Of a stretch of DNA of 64,000 nucleotides, positions 24,936-48,169 are shown one piece after another. How positions within the stretch are numbered: position 1 is the stretch's first letter; each line of letters begins with the position of its first letter. A program made the translations under genes and the position numbers. The DNA comes from the human T2T-CHM13v2.0 reference genome, Homo sapiens. The stretch lies in assembly GCF_009914755.1 (NCBI RefSeq), contig NC_060926.1, one strand, 5' to 3'. The notes under the pieces were generated by a model that was given only the letters and a program-made list of their open reading frames with translations, was not told where the DNA came from and made no database searches.

Positions 24936-25322
24936 AAAATTCTGCTAACAGTGATAATGTCATGAATGAAGGGCACGAAAACGTTTTGTTCCTCTGTATA
25001 TGACACTTTGAGGAGAGATCAGTTTTGTAGTTTTCTGTCTATGGATGCCTAACCTCAGAAACCTCAGAAAAAATTCAAAGCGATGCATGGTCCATTAAAT
25101 AAATGATCTCTGTTCCTCAATAGTGTAAGAGACAAAGATTAGCTGAGAATTCATTCCCAATTAAAGGATACTAAAGAGACAAGACAACAAAATACAATTC
25201 ATAATCCTATGCCAGAAGGAGACAAGTTCCATAACAAATCATTATGAGAATAATTGAACAAACTGGAATATGGACTATAGATTAAAGTCTTATGTCAATG
25301 TTACATTTTCTGAATATTTTAA

Positions 25323-25652
<330 letters not shown>

Positions 25653-25828
25653 ATATCCTAGTTCTTATGAAACACACTGGATTATTATAAGGTAAATTTG
25701 GTAAATGATCTGATAGCTGTTAATGTATATCACTCGAGAGAGAGAGGGTGAGGCAAGATCGAGTGAGAATGAGGCTTATAAAGAAAATAGGGCAAAAGGT
25801 GAAAAATTAGTGAATCTTGGTACAGGAT

Positions 25829-26270
25829 TGTGGTGGGAAAAATAATGACTCCCTTCAAAATGTCCATATCCTAATTCTCAGAATCTGTTAATATGTCGTT
25901 TTCATGGCAAAAAAGAAAAAAGTTACAATTGTAATTTAGCTAAAGATTTTGAGCTATAGATGGAGATTATCCTGGATTATCCAGTGGGCCCAATGTAATC
26001 ACAAGGATCCTAGTAAGAGGGAGGTAGGAGGGTCAGAGTCAGGCAGAAAAGATGTAGGGACAGAAGCAGGCACTAGAGAGGAGAGAACATGCTACGTTGC
26101 TGGCTTTGCGGGTGGACGATGAAGTCCTGAACCAGGAAATACAGAACTCCAGAAGAAACGCAGGCCTATGGACCCATTTTAGACTTCTGGCCTCCAGAAG
26201 CCTAAGATATTGTAAAATAATAAGTTTTTGTTGTTGAAAGGCACTAATCTTGGCTAGGAAGCCAATACAA
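25829..26270 (+). mobile_element. MLT1 (MaLR) solo LTR, MLT1D-like
   Basis: TGTGGTGGGAAAATAATG, GAGATTATCCTGGATTATCCAGTGGGCCCAATGTAATCACAAGG, GACTTCTGGCCTCCAGAA. Confidence 0.85.
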
Positions 26271-29200
26271 GTATAGAGAACGTTCTGTGTCAATCTCTGT
26301 AACTTTTCCATTTAAAATTATTTTAAATTACAAAAAAACTTCACAGAAAAAGAAGAGCCTGGAAATAGGCAATTAAATGTGTATGATTTGGGAAAGTTAG
26401 TCATCAGAAATATCTACAAGCAGATCGTTAGATCAGGCTCAAAAATTGGGTCATAGGAGTCTGTCAAGGTTTAGGCCTTCTAATATTCCTGTCAGTGTAA
26501 AAGCTTAACACAAAGATTGTCCTTGTTTGGCTGGAGATGGGCTTCAGTGTGCTGAGAAAAATTGCAATTAAAAAAGACAGAGTTTTTCTATTGTTACCCA
26601 TTGCTATAAGCTGCAAACTGGAGTCTTAAGAGTGTGAAATTACAGACTATAATAGGGACAAAAATAGTGAATAAGTTGGTGCAAAAAATTGCCATTCCTA
26701 GAACATGTATGCGAACCTAATGCCCTAGTAATAGCAGGCCAGTTTTGCTATTTTTGAAAGCACATTACTAAGGAGATTGAATTTTGGCTCATTGACTCCA
26801 GTTTCCTAGAAGAGATCTGGAAAGTAAGTTCTCAAGATCTCATTTAGGTAATATTGTTGTGAAATTTTCTTTATCCCACGACTCATTTGATACTTTCTTT
26901 TCTATGCATTCATATGTTTGTTCTGACATTGTATTAGAATATTTTATTTGCTTCTTACTTTACTTTTGACCAAATATGCCATTATAAATGGGTTTATCTC
27001 CAAACCCTGTCCAGAGCGTGAGTGCTCGAGGAGAGCGTCACAGGTTCTTTAAGATGTGATATTTGCATGGCATAGAGCATTAAAACATCCCTTTACTTCT
27101 TTCTAGTAATATTCTTCACAAATATTACATACTTTCTTCACTCAAGATTTCAGGAAGATACAGATCTGTCTCAAAAAAATAAAGCATTATAATGTGCAGA
27201 GAAGGAAATTTAAGTGGAATAAATAAATCTTTTATAATTTTTAAAAAATTAGCCATCCTAGTAATTTCTATTATGGCTATGAAAGGATTCCTTTATCATT
27301 TTGCAAGTACAAAACAATAATAATGTTTTTATTTAAAAATTATCGCTTTTCATTATGTAGAATCCTGTACAGTTTTAATGAATATCATGAGTTATTGGCT
27401 GATCGCTTTGTATAAATTTCACAAATTTCACAGATACTTGCTTAAAGCAGACAGATGTAAAAGCCCCTGTGTGAGATAACTGGGCTTTGTTTCTCAGCTT
27501 ATAATGCTACATATTCTGTATCTCCAACAAAATTAGAGAAATCATTTTGTGCCAGTTGAAGACACTTGCACCCTGGATCAAGCCTTTCCTGTCTTGCCAT
27601 TCTGGATACCATTGATGGTATTTATTATTTATCATTATCATTCATATTTTGCATAAACTATTTAAGAAAATTCATTTTTCTGAATCCCTGCTATAACATT
27701 ATATTGTCCTGGAGACATTATAGAATCACTATCATCATCATTTTAGTCAACACTATCAAATAAGAAAGTGAATGGAATAATAATAAAAACTCTCAAATTA
27801 ATTATAATTTCACAGTTATCCACAGATATAGCAAATAATATCTCTGCCTAAATATTATAAAATGAACAAGTTCTGGGGTTAAATAAAAATGTTATAAGAT
27901 ATAGCAGAATGCAACTAATAAGGTCTACATAATCTATGATTAGCCGCTCTAGTTCCATTTTTTCTTAAAAAGTAAAGTCATATAACTTATATCACTCTTT
28001 AGTTGAATTGCATTTGTAACCAAATTAGATGAAATTGTATAATGATTATAGCTGCATATGTATGTTACATATATGACCAGAAGGTTTCTCTTTAAAAATA
28101 AAAAGGCAGTCTTTATTTTTTATTTAAAAGATTTAAAACAAATAGCAATAATTTCCATTCTAAACTGAAGTTCCATTAACTGCCATAGACAGAATAAATA
28201 ATAATATGACAAGATACAAGTTTCCTACATTTTAGCAAGTTCACTATGCATAAATATGCTTGAGGGCTTTGCAAGTAGTTAGTGACACTCTAGACCCATA
28301 AGAAGTATCATCTTCTAGCATAGGAAGCTTTCTTGGGTGTTAAGAACTCTGAGCCAAACCCCTGGATTTAGTTATCAGCTTAGTTATTAATTTCACAAAT
28401 TGATTATAGTGCTGTTGAACATATGTCTGTAAATGCAGAGAGTTGTTCACAGTTAGATCCAGCTAAAATTAATTGCTTGTCTGATATTGGCTGCAGGACA
28501 TATAAGTCCTTTCAGATTCTTCAGCACAGAGACTGGTCCTAGCATCCAACCTTGTACAGAAGATCATGTGGGCCCCTTCATGTACATCAGTACATGTTGG
28601 CTTTTAGCCCCATACAGTCTGACAATCATTATCGCCTCCAACAACATCACTCCCAATGCCAAAAGGCAACAGCTGGCTTCTGCTAAAGGAATCCTTCCCA
28701 AGAGTCTCTATGACATGTGGCAGAAGGAAGGGCATGCCTTGGTAGTCCCTTGGTAACTCTTGTTCACATCCCACACTGACAGCTCATAGCACCATTGTGC
28801 AGGAGCCCTGCTGTATGTCTTCTGTTTTCATGTCTAAGTTCAGGAGGCAGAAATTGCATCAGACCTTGTGATGCTAATGGCTGGCTATGCAGTATGAGTA
28901 GGAACTCAGGGTTATTCTTACTATTTGTGCATTTAGCTTTGAATGCAAGTGTAGGTGACAAAAAAGAGCTGGATAAAATATCTCTGAAAAATCTGAGCCT
29001 GGTAGCTGTGGTGGACCCGCTCAGAGGTTTCAAAGGTAATTAGGACTAAATGCTGTTTTGGTGGGATGCTTTGTCTCCAACATTGGAGTAGGGTTTTTAC
29101 TGCTTCTCTTCAGCGTGGTATGGGCTTTTCACTGTAATATTTCAGAGACAGCTTTTTTGCATTAGCTTCCCAGTGAAAGCCACTGAGTGAATATAGAGTT

Positions 29201-29640
29201 TTGCTACAGTGAATCAACCATGGCCTATTTGCTTAGTGTCAGAGGCTTTCTTGTTTTTGGAAAACAGAATCTTCAAAATTGTAATGATGTGTGTGTATGT
29301 GTGTCTGTGTGTTTATGTATCTTTGTGTATTTATAAATATATTTCTGGATAATTTATGCTGAAATGCTTTTTATTTGCTTGGTTGTCTTGTCTAAACCAA
29401 GATCTATTAAGAAAAAAGGGAAACTAAAATTGTGTATGAAGGAAGCTATTTCTGTTTTCGAGCTTATTCATTTATGTAACAGCATGAGTAAGCTGCTGAC
29501 ACAGAAGCCTTCATGTTTAAATGACCTTACAGAAAAGGCTCATAATATCTAATTTTAACTATATTAGCTGCCATGTTCACTGATTTTTAAAATTGCATAT
29601 GAAAGCTCACCATTTATGTAACGTTTTTCCAGAAAAGAGA

Positions 29641-29680
<40 letters not shown>
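29641..29680. repeat. (AT)n(GT)n microsatellite
   Basis: Read directly from the sequence. Confidence 0.95.
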
Positions 29681-29681
<1 letters not shown>

Positions 29682-30511
29682 AACACAAATGAACTAAGAA
29701 TTTGGTGGCTGTCAGAGACAATAAATGATTTTAAAATAATGTTTTAATTCTTTTTCCTATTAATCAATGAAATAAGATAGAATAATAACATAATATTGTA
29801 TTCAGTGATGTAACTGAATTCATTTATTCAAAGTATGTTCTTATTACCATCAATTTCATCTTAAAGAAGGAAGAATTCCTTCTTGTGTCCTCTTTTCCTC
29901 TTGATCCTTTCTCTTTTGCCTCCTGCTAGATTTATCTTTTCTGAAAAGGATAGCTCCTATTTCTCTCAACTCTTCAAATTCTCCTGCTTTACCTGCTCAT
30001 TCTGCTCTATAAACACAGATTGCATTTTCATTATCCTCAAACAATTAAAGTCTTCTTGTCAATCTTGCACTAACTCAACTATCTCTTCATTCTTCCCTTC
30101 ATGAAGAATTTCATGAAGGTCCATGTTACTTTCAGCAACTTCTCTTCACCCACCAATTGCTTTTTTAAAGGTCACCTGTAGTCTTTGACTTAATGCAAAG
30201 ATGAAATCTAATAATCTAAATGTGTGTAATTCTGCTTATTATTGAAGTCATTTATTTTTCATAACAACTAAATTAAGAAAGTAGCATGTATTAAATATAG
30301 GCACTGGCAGTATAGAGATTAAAGATATTACTCAGAGTCTCAAAAACTTACAGTTTAGTGAGGGCAATGGACATGAAATAAACATCATACAATGGAAGGC
30401 AACAACTCATAAAGGTATATTTTCTTATAGAAACATGACATTTGTTACTTGCTAACCAAGAATGTTTATCTAGGAACATGAAAATTTACTTAATTTAAAG
30501 AATTTTACGAT

Positions 30512-36670
<6,159 letters not shown>

Positions 36671-39320
36671 AAAGAATTTTACAATATATTATACCTTAAA
36701 AAGGGATTATTTTTTAACTGGGAGAAAAATGTTGCTTACAAAAATGTTTGGTTTCTTAGATGTAAAACATGAATTTTCAATTCAATAATAGGATTTAACA
36801 TAAACAAATAAAGAATCTCACATTTAAAAAAAAGGTTAAGACAACTGATTGAATTATCCAAACAATTGCTTTTTTGTGCTATGAAGTGCCTAGGTCATGC
36901 CTTCTAGAATTTTCCCATCTTTTGTAAAAACTTGATTTTTTCCCACTATTTAAATATCTATGACACATGATCTAGATTTCTGTAATATTAAATGTATATA
37001 TATGCTTATATATAGATATAGTTGATATGTGATAGATAGATAGATAGACAAACTCTCCTTGGTAAAATGGTACATGACCCTTTAAGGAGAAGTAGTGAGT
37101 TAAGCTGACTACATATTTTCAAGAGTTTTTTTTTATGACCCATGATAGATCAAAGGCTGAATGTTTTAGCAGGGGAAATCTTATAAACCTAACTAGGAAG
37201 AATAACCCAAACCCTTATGAGGATAGTTTAAATAAGATCCTACTTAAATACATATGAATAATGGCTTGAGACTGAAACCCCATTAAAAAGTTGCATTTTG
37301 TTTAGTCATTTTTACAATCTGTCTAATATATAACCTTTGTACGATTTTACAGGAGATAAGTTCATGACACACGAAGTACCCTAGGGGACTATGCTTCCAT
37401 CTGAATAATGTGACCACAGCAGCTTCTTCTTTATAATTCACCTATAATTTTATCATATACTTTGGTTTTCATGCAAGACATTCATTAACCCAACCCTACA
37501 GCCAACATTCTCTATGTAGCTAGATATGAAGTGACTTGGCTTGAGAACTGCTCCTTATGGGGTAATGACTAATGATATTCATTCATACTCTCATTTTTGT
37601 TACATGTCGATTTCAGGAGCGAGGAGGAGAATCAGAGACTGTTTTAGAGGTACAGACAGTGGGATTAAAAATAGTAAAGAGCTCAGTTGTCATTATGGTG
37701 AAATCAATAGATGGGGGGCAGAAGCAAAAACTAGCTGCTATAGGATGGCATATCAGTGTCCGGTACTTCTTCTGGATCACAAGAGTCCTCCGTAGTAACT
37801 GGAACAGTTCCAACTATTGTTTCAGTCCTCCAAACCCCAAATGTTTGGGTTTTTGTGTTTATATAATAAATGCCTAACAGGTTACTTAGCCATTGTCTGT
37901 TCCTTATGACTCAAAATGCCTAATGTACTATTTCAGCTTTATTTAGAAATGAATAAATGCTCTAATGCTGTATTATGCATTTGAAAAGCTGGCCAACTTT
38001 ACATTATGTGATTAGCACATGCTAATAATATATATGCTTTTTCTAGTATTTTTCCATCAGCAATAATTATATTTGTTGGTAAATAATGTGAACAGTGTTG
38101 TGTGCTATTGCTTGAAATTCTGGGTTTCTTCATGTATGCTGGTGATGTAAAAATGTGTTTAAAAGAAAACTAACCAGTTCTGTTTAGAAGAATTTTTATA
38201 GTACACATTCTCTGAGAACAGTTATAATTTAAATGAAAATATCTGCTTTTATTTTTAATGCATTTCTTATACATTTAAATAAAATTATGGAGGTAAACAT
38301 GTAATTTCCATTAGATGGAGGGTGGATAATTGGAGATTAAATATTTTTGCAAAAATTTGTTTATGCACATTTAAAATTTTTTGTTGTCATATGAATTAAT
38401 CAGCAAATGTACAATATGTAAATTTATTTTGGGGACCCGTGAGGTTTTAGCTATATCTTTTTCACTTGTTCCCTAAGCCACAAAGGCAATTAAACAGTAT
38501 GAATATAAAATGGAAATCTTTATCTGAATCATCTCTTTAAATTGATGTTCCACTTTGTGATAGATCATGCAATTTTGGTATCTCATGTTACCTATCACAG
38601 TGCTTTGATTATATTAATGTCTAATGAATGTAGATGCTTTGAATTATTTTAGGTTATCTTCCGACTTTTCCATATTATGTACTCCTGTAACCACTATCAG
38701 TCTTTACCAATATCCCTTACTGAAAAAAATGCATCTTTCAATTTGTTAAGGCATACATTGTAGATTTTGATTTAACACCTACTGGCACTCCAGAAACATA
38801 TGATAATCATTATATATACAGTAACATCAGAAATTTAAATTAAAATGAACAAAATCTACTCAATTACTTATATATTTGATTTCATAGAGCTGATACCTAT
38901 TTGTGGTGTTAATGATTGACTAGAGCTCTAACATAATATATACTACATCATCATTTTAGATTCTTGAATTTGATAATTAACCTAGCCCAGGTACTAGCAT
39001 TTTATTGTTCCTAGACAGAGCTTTTTCAGCCTGTAAGATGATATAAACTCTTTCTTAAATTTTCACTGTTTTTGTGCCTTTAGCAAATATGACTTCAACT
39101 AAAAACTAGTAAAACACATTAAATCTTTCTACACATCACAAAATTCTCTGAAAGGTCTCCAGTGTGACCACTGTGGCTCAATACCATCATTATCATTGGA
39201 AATTTTATACATGTGTCTGACATGATTTGTTGAAATTGGCTGCTTCCTTCTGAGACCTTTAATGATAATTAAATTCAAATGATACAAAAGATGGCATTAA
39301 TGTATTTGTTTTTCCCCTAG

Positions 39321-39434
39321 AATGATTGTCACATAATGTGTAGAGAAAATGGAAGAATCAAAGGCAAGGGAAACCTGTACAGTGGAGACACAAAGGGTCA
39401 CTGGCAGATTTCAAATGATCCAAGACATCCTCAA
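39321..39434 (+). pseudogene. Candidate 114-bp exon with strong splice sites
   Basis: TTTGTTTTTCCCCTAG acceptor and CAA|GTAAGA donor. Frame 0 is open: NDCHIMCRENGRIKGKGNLYSGDTKGHWQISNDPRHPQ. Confidence 0.55.
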
Positions 39435-40894
39435 GTAAGAGAAATAATTATAATTAATCCAGTCTTCAGCTGATGGCTTTCTCTGGCCAATAAACTTAAG
39501 GAATCAAGACTAAAAATGGCATTACCCTTTGCTCATTGGGATATTTGTTACACTGAAAATCATTAAGGAGGCAAAACAATAAAATCAAGCTTTTGTACCA
39601 GAAAAGAGCAAACATTTGGTTTGATATTTAAAATATATTTTAACATTTAGAAATGCATTTTAATATATAGATATTAATTTAAAATTTTATGATAGGAAAT
39701 GTTGGTTAAAGATTATTCTTAACACTACATTTTTAGTCAACTGTCGCCAGCACAGTGAAAATTCAGAGGGTAATAATGATCTTCAACCAATTTCCCCATC
39801 CCACTGGCTTTTCCAGATAACACCTATACTAGCTATGTAAATTTGGGCATGTTGCATAACTCCTCTGAGCCACAGATTTATTTGCAAATTATCAGGACAT
39901 TTCTGCATGTTAAATTAAAAGCATATGCAAACCAGTGTTATTGAAACACAAGAGTTTCCTAGTAAATGTTAATTCCTTAAAACAATTGACAATTCAGTCA
40001 AAAACCTGTATTAAAGAACATCTTGGAGGATGTTCTTGAAGGATGCAGCTGAAAGTCAAAGGAAAGAGAGGTTTAATTGACAAGATATTTTATGTAAATT
40101 ATAATAGTGTCTTACATTTGTAAATAACATTACAGTTTCCAAAGTGCTTTTATCTTATATCTTACTTGGGCCTCAAAAATTTTCTCTGATATATGTATTA
40201 TAACATTGTTAAAATACCCATATGTATCTTAAAAAATATTTGTGTTTCATTGGGAGTGGAATCAATAGATTCCATACATGCTACTCATGTCTTAAACTTC
40301 CCTGTAAAATATCATACCTCTTGACTTCTCAGGTAGAACTTCTTCTAAAAACTCCTGACCTCTTTCCATACTCCATACACCTCACACCTTTCCCCGGAGA
40401 TGCAATGAGTTGTCTGATTAGTGAATGAAGCCATTTGTCTGAATTTTATAAAAACAGAGACTATTTAGCCTCTATCTGCTCTCTCCTTCTTGGTGGAGCA
40501 CTGTCTTGAAGTCTACATGATGGGGTAGGTCTTCTAGCCAGTCGACTGAAGATATATTCTCCAATTTTAGTTTTATTAATAAAGATAACATCATCCTCTC
40601 CATCTGCCTTACCCCTTGTTTGTTCTGAACATTGGTGAAGAAAGTTGAGCTATTTCTGTTCTCTTCAAACTCCAATATAACTAAAGAAAAAATAAAATCA
40701 AGATTAAAAGAGTTTGAATGACTAACCCAAGAATACAGAGTTAGTAAATGGGAGATCCAAGATACAAATCCACATTTCTAAACACCAAGTCTGGAGTCCC
40801 TTCCAATTTACCACTCTATTTATCATCTCACTTTTCTTTTACAATTTTTTTTCCAATCCTGGAACTTTCATTGGTTGGGCAAGCACTTAGAAGC

Positions 40895-41030
40895 TCTGCA
40901 ATATGCAAAAGTTACTCAAACTCTCTGAGCCTTGTTTATTCATCTCTAAAGTGGAAATGTAATACCTCACTGGGCTATTGTAAGGATTAACAAAATAATG
41001 TACATGAAACACATCTTCTAGTAGGCACTT
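40895..41030 (+). mobile_element. MIR relic
   Basis: AGTTACTCAAACTCTCTGAGCCTTGTTTATTCATCTCTAAAGTGGAAATGTAATACCTCAC...GTAAGGATTAA core. Confidence 0.7.
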
Positions 41031-41725
41031 CAGAAGTCATGCTTATATTTTCTTCTTTCTTCCTTCATTCATATTAACACCAAAGGGAAAAATTTCAGTG
41101 TGAACTTTTTAATCGGTTTATTGAAATACGTTTCCACATGACATTCGCTGACTTTATTCTCACCACTAACTCTTATTAGGAGAACTGACATTTTCCTTTA
41201 TGACTGTTATTAGTAGAAGATATCATTTCTTTCATCAGTTTTTCAGTTACATTTTTTTATAATTCCAAACTATAATCCTGCACTTGAAATTTAAGTAAAA
41301 CACCTTAAGTGGTCTTATACTACCATTCTTAAAAGAACAGTATGACTTAGAAATTGTTACATAAAAAATACTTGTTGAGTAACTGTTACAAAAAGCATTT
41401 CTGACATTGTAGCCTCAAAAAATCATAAAATATAATTGAGGTAAAAAGAGAAGAAAATTCAGCAAAAGAAATAGACAAAGATGGAGTCCAGGGGGAGGAG
41501 CCAAGATGGCCGAATAGGAACAGCTCCAGTCTACAGTTCCCAGTGTGAGTGACGCAGAAGACGGGTGATTTCTGCATTTCCATCTGATGTACCGGGTTCA
41601 TCTCACTAGGGAGTGCCAGACAGTGGGCTCAGGTCAGTGGGTGCACACACTGTGCGCGAGCCAAAGCAGGGCGAGGCATTGCCTCGCTTGGGAAGTGCAA
41701 GGGGTCAGGGAGTTCCCTTTCTGAG

Positions 41726-41941
41726 TCAAAGAAAGGGGTGACGGACGCACCTGGAAAATCGGGTCACTCCCACCCGAATATTGCGCTTTTCGGACCAGCT
41801 TAAAAAATGGCACACCATGAGATTATATCCTGCACCTAGCTCAGAGGGTCCTGTGCCCACGGAGTCTCGCTGATTGCTAGCACAGCAGTCTGAGATCAAA
41901 CTGCAAGGCAGCAGCAAGGCTGGGGGAGGGGCGCCTGCCAT
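41726..41941 (-). CDS. L1 ORF0, intact 71 aa, in the antisense 5'UTR
   Basis: MAGAPPPALLLPCSLISDCCASNQRDSVG...RNIRVGVTRFSRCVRHPFL* matches primate L1 ORF0 in sequence and length. Confidence 0.8.
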   Translation of the reverse strand: MAGAPPPALLLPCSLISDCCASNQRDSVGTGPSELGAGYNLMVCHFLSWSEKRNIRVGVTRFSRCVRHPFL

Positions 41942-42396
41942 TGCCCAGGCTTGCTTAGGTAAACACAGCAGCCAGGAAGCTCGAACTGGGTGGAGCCCAC
42001 CACAGCTCAAGGAGGACTGCCTGCCCCTGTAGGCTCCACCTCTGGGGGCAGGGCAGAGACAAACAAAAAGACAGCAGTAACCTCTGCAGAATTAAATGTC
42101 CCTGTCTGACAGCTTTGAAGAGAGCAGTGGTTCTCCCAGCACGCAGCTGGAGATCTGAGAATGGGCAGACTGCCTCCTCAAGTGGGTCGCTGACCCCTGA
42201 CCCCCGAGCAGCCTAACTGGGAGGCACCCCCCAGCAGGGGCACACTGACACCTCACACGGCAGGGTATTCCAACAGACCTGCAGCTTAGGGTCCTGTCTG
42301 TTAGCAGGAAAACTAACAAACAGAAAGGACATCCACACCAAAAACCCATCTGTACATCACCATCATCAAAGACCAAAAGTAGATAAAACCACAAAG

Positions 42397-43410
42397 ATGG
42401 GGAAAAAACAGAACAGAAAAACTGGAAACTCTAAAACGCAGAGCGCCTCTCCTCCTCCAAAGGAACGCAGTTCCTCACCAGCAACAGAACAAAGATGGAT
42501 AGAGAATGACTTTGACGAGCTGAGAAAAGAAGGCTTCAGACGATCAAATTACTCTGAGCTACAGGAGGACATTCAAACCAAAGGCAAAGAAGTTGAAAAA
42601 CTTGAAAAAAATTTAGAAGAATGTATAACTAGAATAACCAATACAGAGAAGTGCTTAAAGGAGCTGATGGAGCTGAAAACCAAGGCTCGAGAACTACGTG
42701 AAGAATGCAGAAGCCTCAGGAGCCGATGCGATCAACTGGAAGAAAGGGTATCAGCGATGGAAGATGAAATGAATGAAATGAAGCGAGAAGGGAAGTTTAG
42801 AGAAAAAAGAATAAAAAGAAACGAGCAAAGCCTCCAAGAAATATGGGACTATGTGAAAAGACCAAATCTACATCTGATTGGTGTACCTGAAAGTGATGGG
42901 GAGAATGGAACCAAGTTGGAAAACACTCTTCAGGATATTATCCAGGAGAACTTCCCCAATCTAGCAAGGCAGGCCAACGTTCAGATTCAGGAAATACAGA
43001 GAATGCCACAAAGATACTCCTCGAGAAGAGCAACTCCAAGACACATAATTGTCAGATTCACCAAAGTTGAAATGAAGGAAAAAATGTTAAGGGCAGCCAG
43101 AGAGAAAGGTCGGGTTACCCTCAAAGGGAAGCCCATCAGACTAACAGCGGATCTCTCGGCAGAAACCCTACAAGCCAGAAGAGAGTGGGGGCCAATATTC
43201 AACATTCTTAAAGAAAAGAATTTTCAACCCAGAATTTCATATCCAGCCAAACTAAGCTTCATAAGTGAAGGAGAAATAAAACACTTTACAGACAAGCAAA
43301 TGCTGAGAGATTTTGTCACCAGGCCTGCCCTAAAAGCGCTCCTGAAGGAAGCGCTAAACATGGAAAGGAAAAACTGGTACCAGCCACTGCAAAATCATGC
43401 CAAAATGTAA
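42397..43410 (+). CDS. L1 ORF1p, uninterrupted 337 aa (one-codon deletion, FVTRPAL)
   Basis: MGKKQNRKTGNSKTQSASPPPKERSSSP..., coiled coil, REKG, ARREW and YPAKLS motifs all present. Confidence 0.93.
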   Translation: MGKKQNRKTGNSKTQSASPPPKERSSSPATEQRWIENDFDELRKEGFRRSNYSELQEDIQTKGKEVEKLEKNLEECITRITNTEKCLKELMELKTKARELREECRSLRSRCDQLEERVSAMEDEMNEMKREGKFREKRIKRNEQSLQEIWDYVKRPNLHLIGVPESDGENGTKLENTLQDIIQENFPNLARQANVQIQEIQRMPQRYSSRRATPRHIIVRFTKVEMKEKMLRAAREKGRVTLKGKPIRLTADLSAETLQARREWGPIFNILKEKNFQPRISYPAKLSFISEGEIKHFTDKQMLRDFVTRPALKALLKEALNMERKNWYQPLQNHAKM

Positions 43411-43472
43411 AGACCATTGAGACTAGGAAGAAACTGCATCAACTAACGGCAAAATCACCAGCTAACATCATA

Positions 43473-47299
<3,827 letters not shown>

Positions 47300-48169
47300 A
47301 CAATGAGATCACATGGACACAGGAAGGGGACTATCACACTATGGGGACTGTGGCGGGGTCGGGGGAGGGGGGAGGGATAGCATTGAGGCATATACCTAAT
47401 GCTAGATGACGAGTTAGTGGGTGCAGCACACCAGCATGGCACATGTATACATATGTAACTAACCTGCACAATGTGTACATGTACCCTAAAACTTAAAGTA
47501 TAATAAAAAAAAAAGAAGAAGAAAAAAAGAAATAGACAAAGATGACAGGAGAAAACTGAACAAATAGGAGAGAAAATAAATTATATTTTATATAATCATA
47601 ATATTTAAAAATTTTATATTTTATTTAACAATTATATTTTTTAAAACTTGAAGGAAGAATTTTTATGCCTGAAAAATGGAAAGGAAAATAAATTTTAGAG
47701 ACAGATACAATGTATACTTCTAGATAGGAGAAGGTTTTTTCGAAATTGAAATTGATGGCACCAATGGAAACATTTGATTGTACGGTCAGATCAGAAAATG
47801 ATTAAAATAAGGAAGTGTTAAAATTAAAAACATTATTTGGCTTACTGGAATTTTCATTGAATTAATAAATTTAATTAGATGGTTTTATGAAAATATGCCT
47901 AATTAAAAATTTAACTATAGCATCTACTTTTCCTATGTATTCTTCCCTCAACATGCTGTGTTCCCCACCATTTATTGACACTTTTACTCTAAAATGATAC
48001 AATAGTATTTTTTTGCATAATTTCCACAGAACAGCTACAAAAAACACGTTAGTGTATTTAAAGGACTGAATAATCCATGGATGTGGTTATAAATAATCGT
48101 TCAGAATATATTGGTAGATAACAGATCAAGCTAAGTCTTATTCTTAATATTTTTTCATCTTTATTCTAG

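Noticed and set aside
37562-37616. Intron between two exons at 37353-37561 and 37617 onward
   Set aside because: At 55 nt it is too short for a typical mammalian intron. The exon structure here is unresolved.
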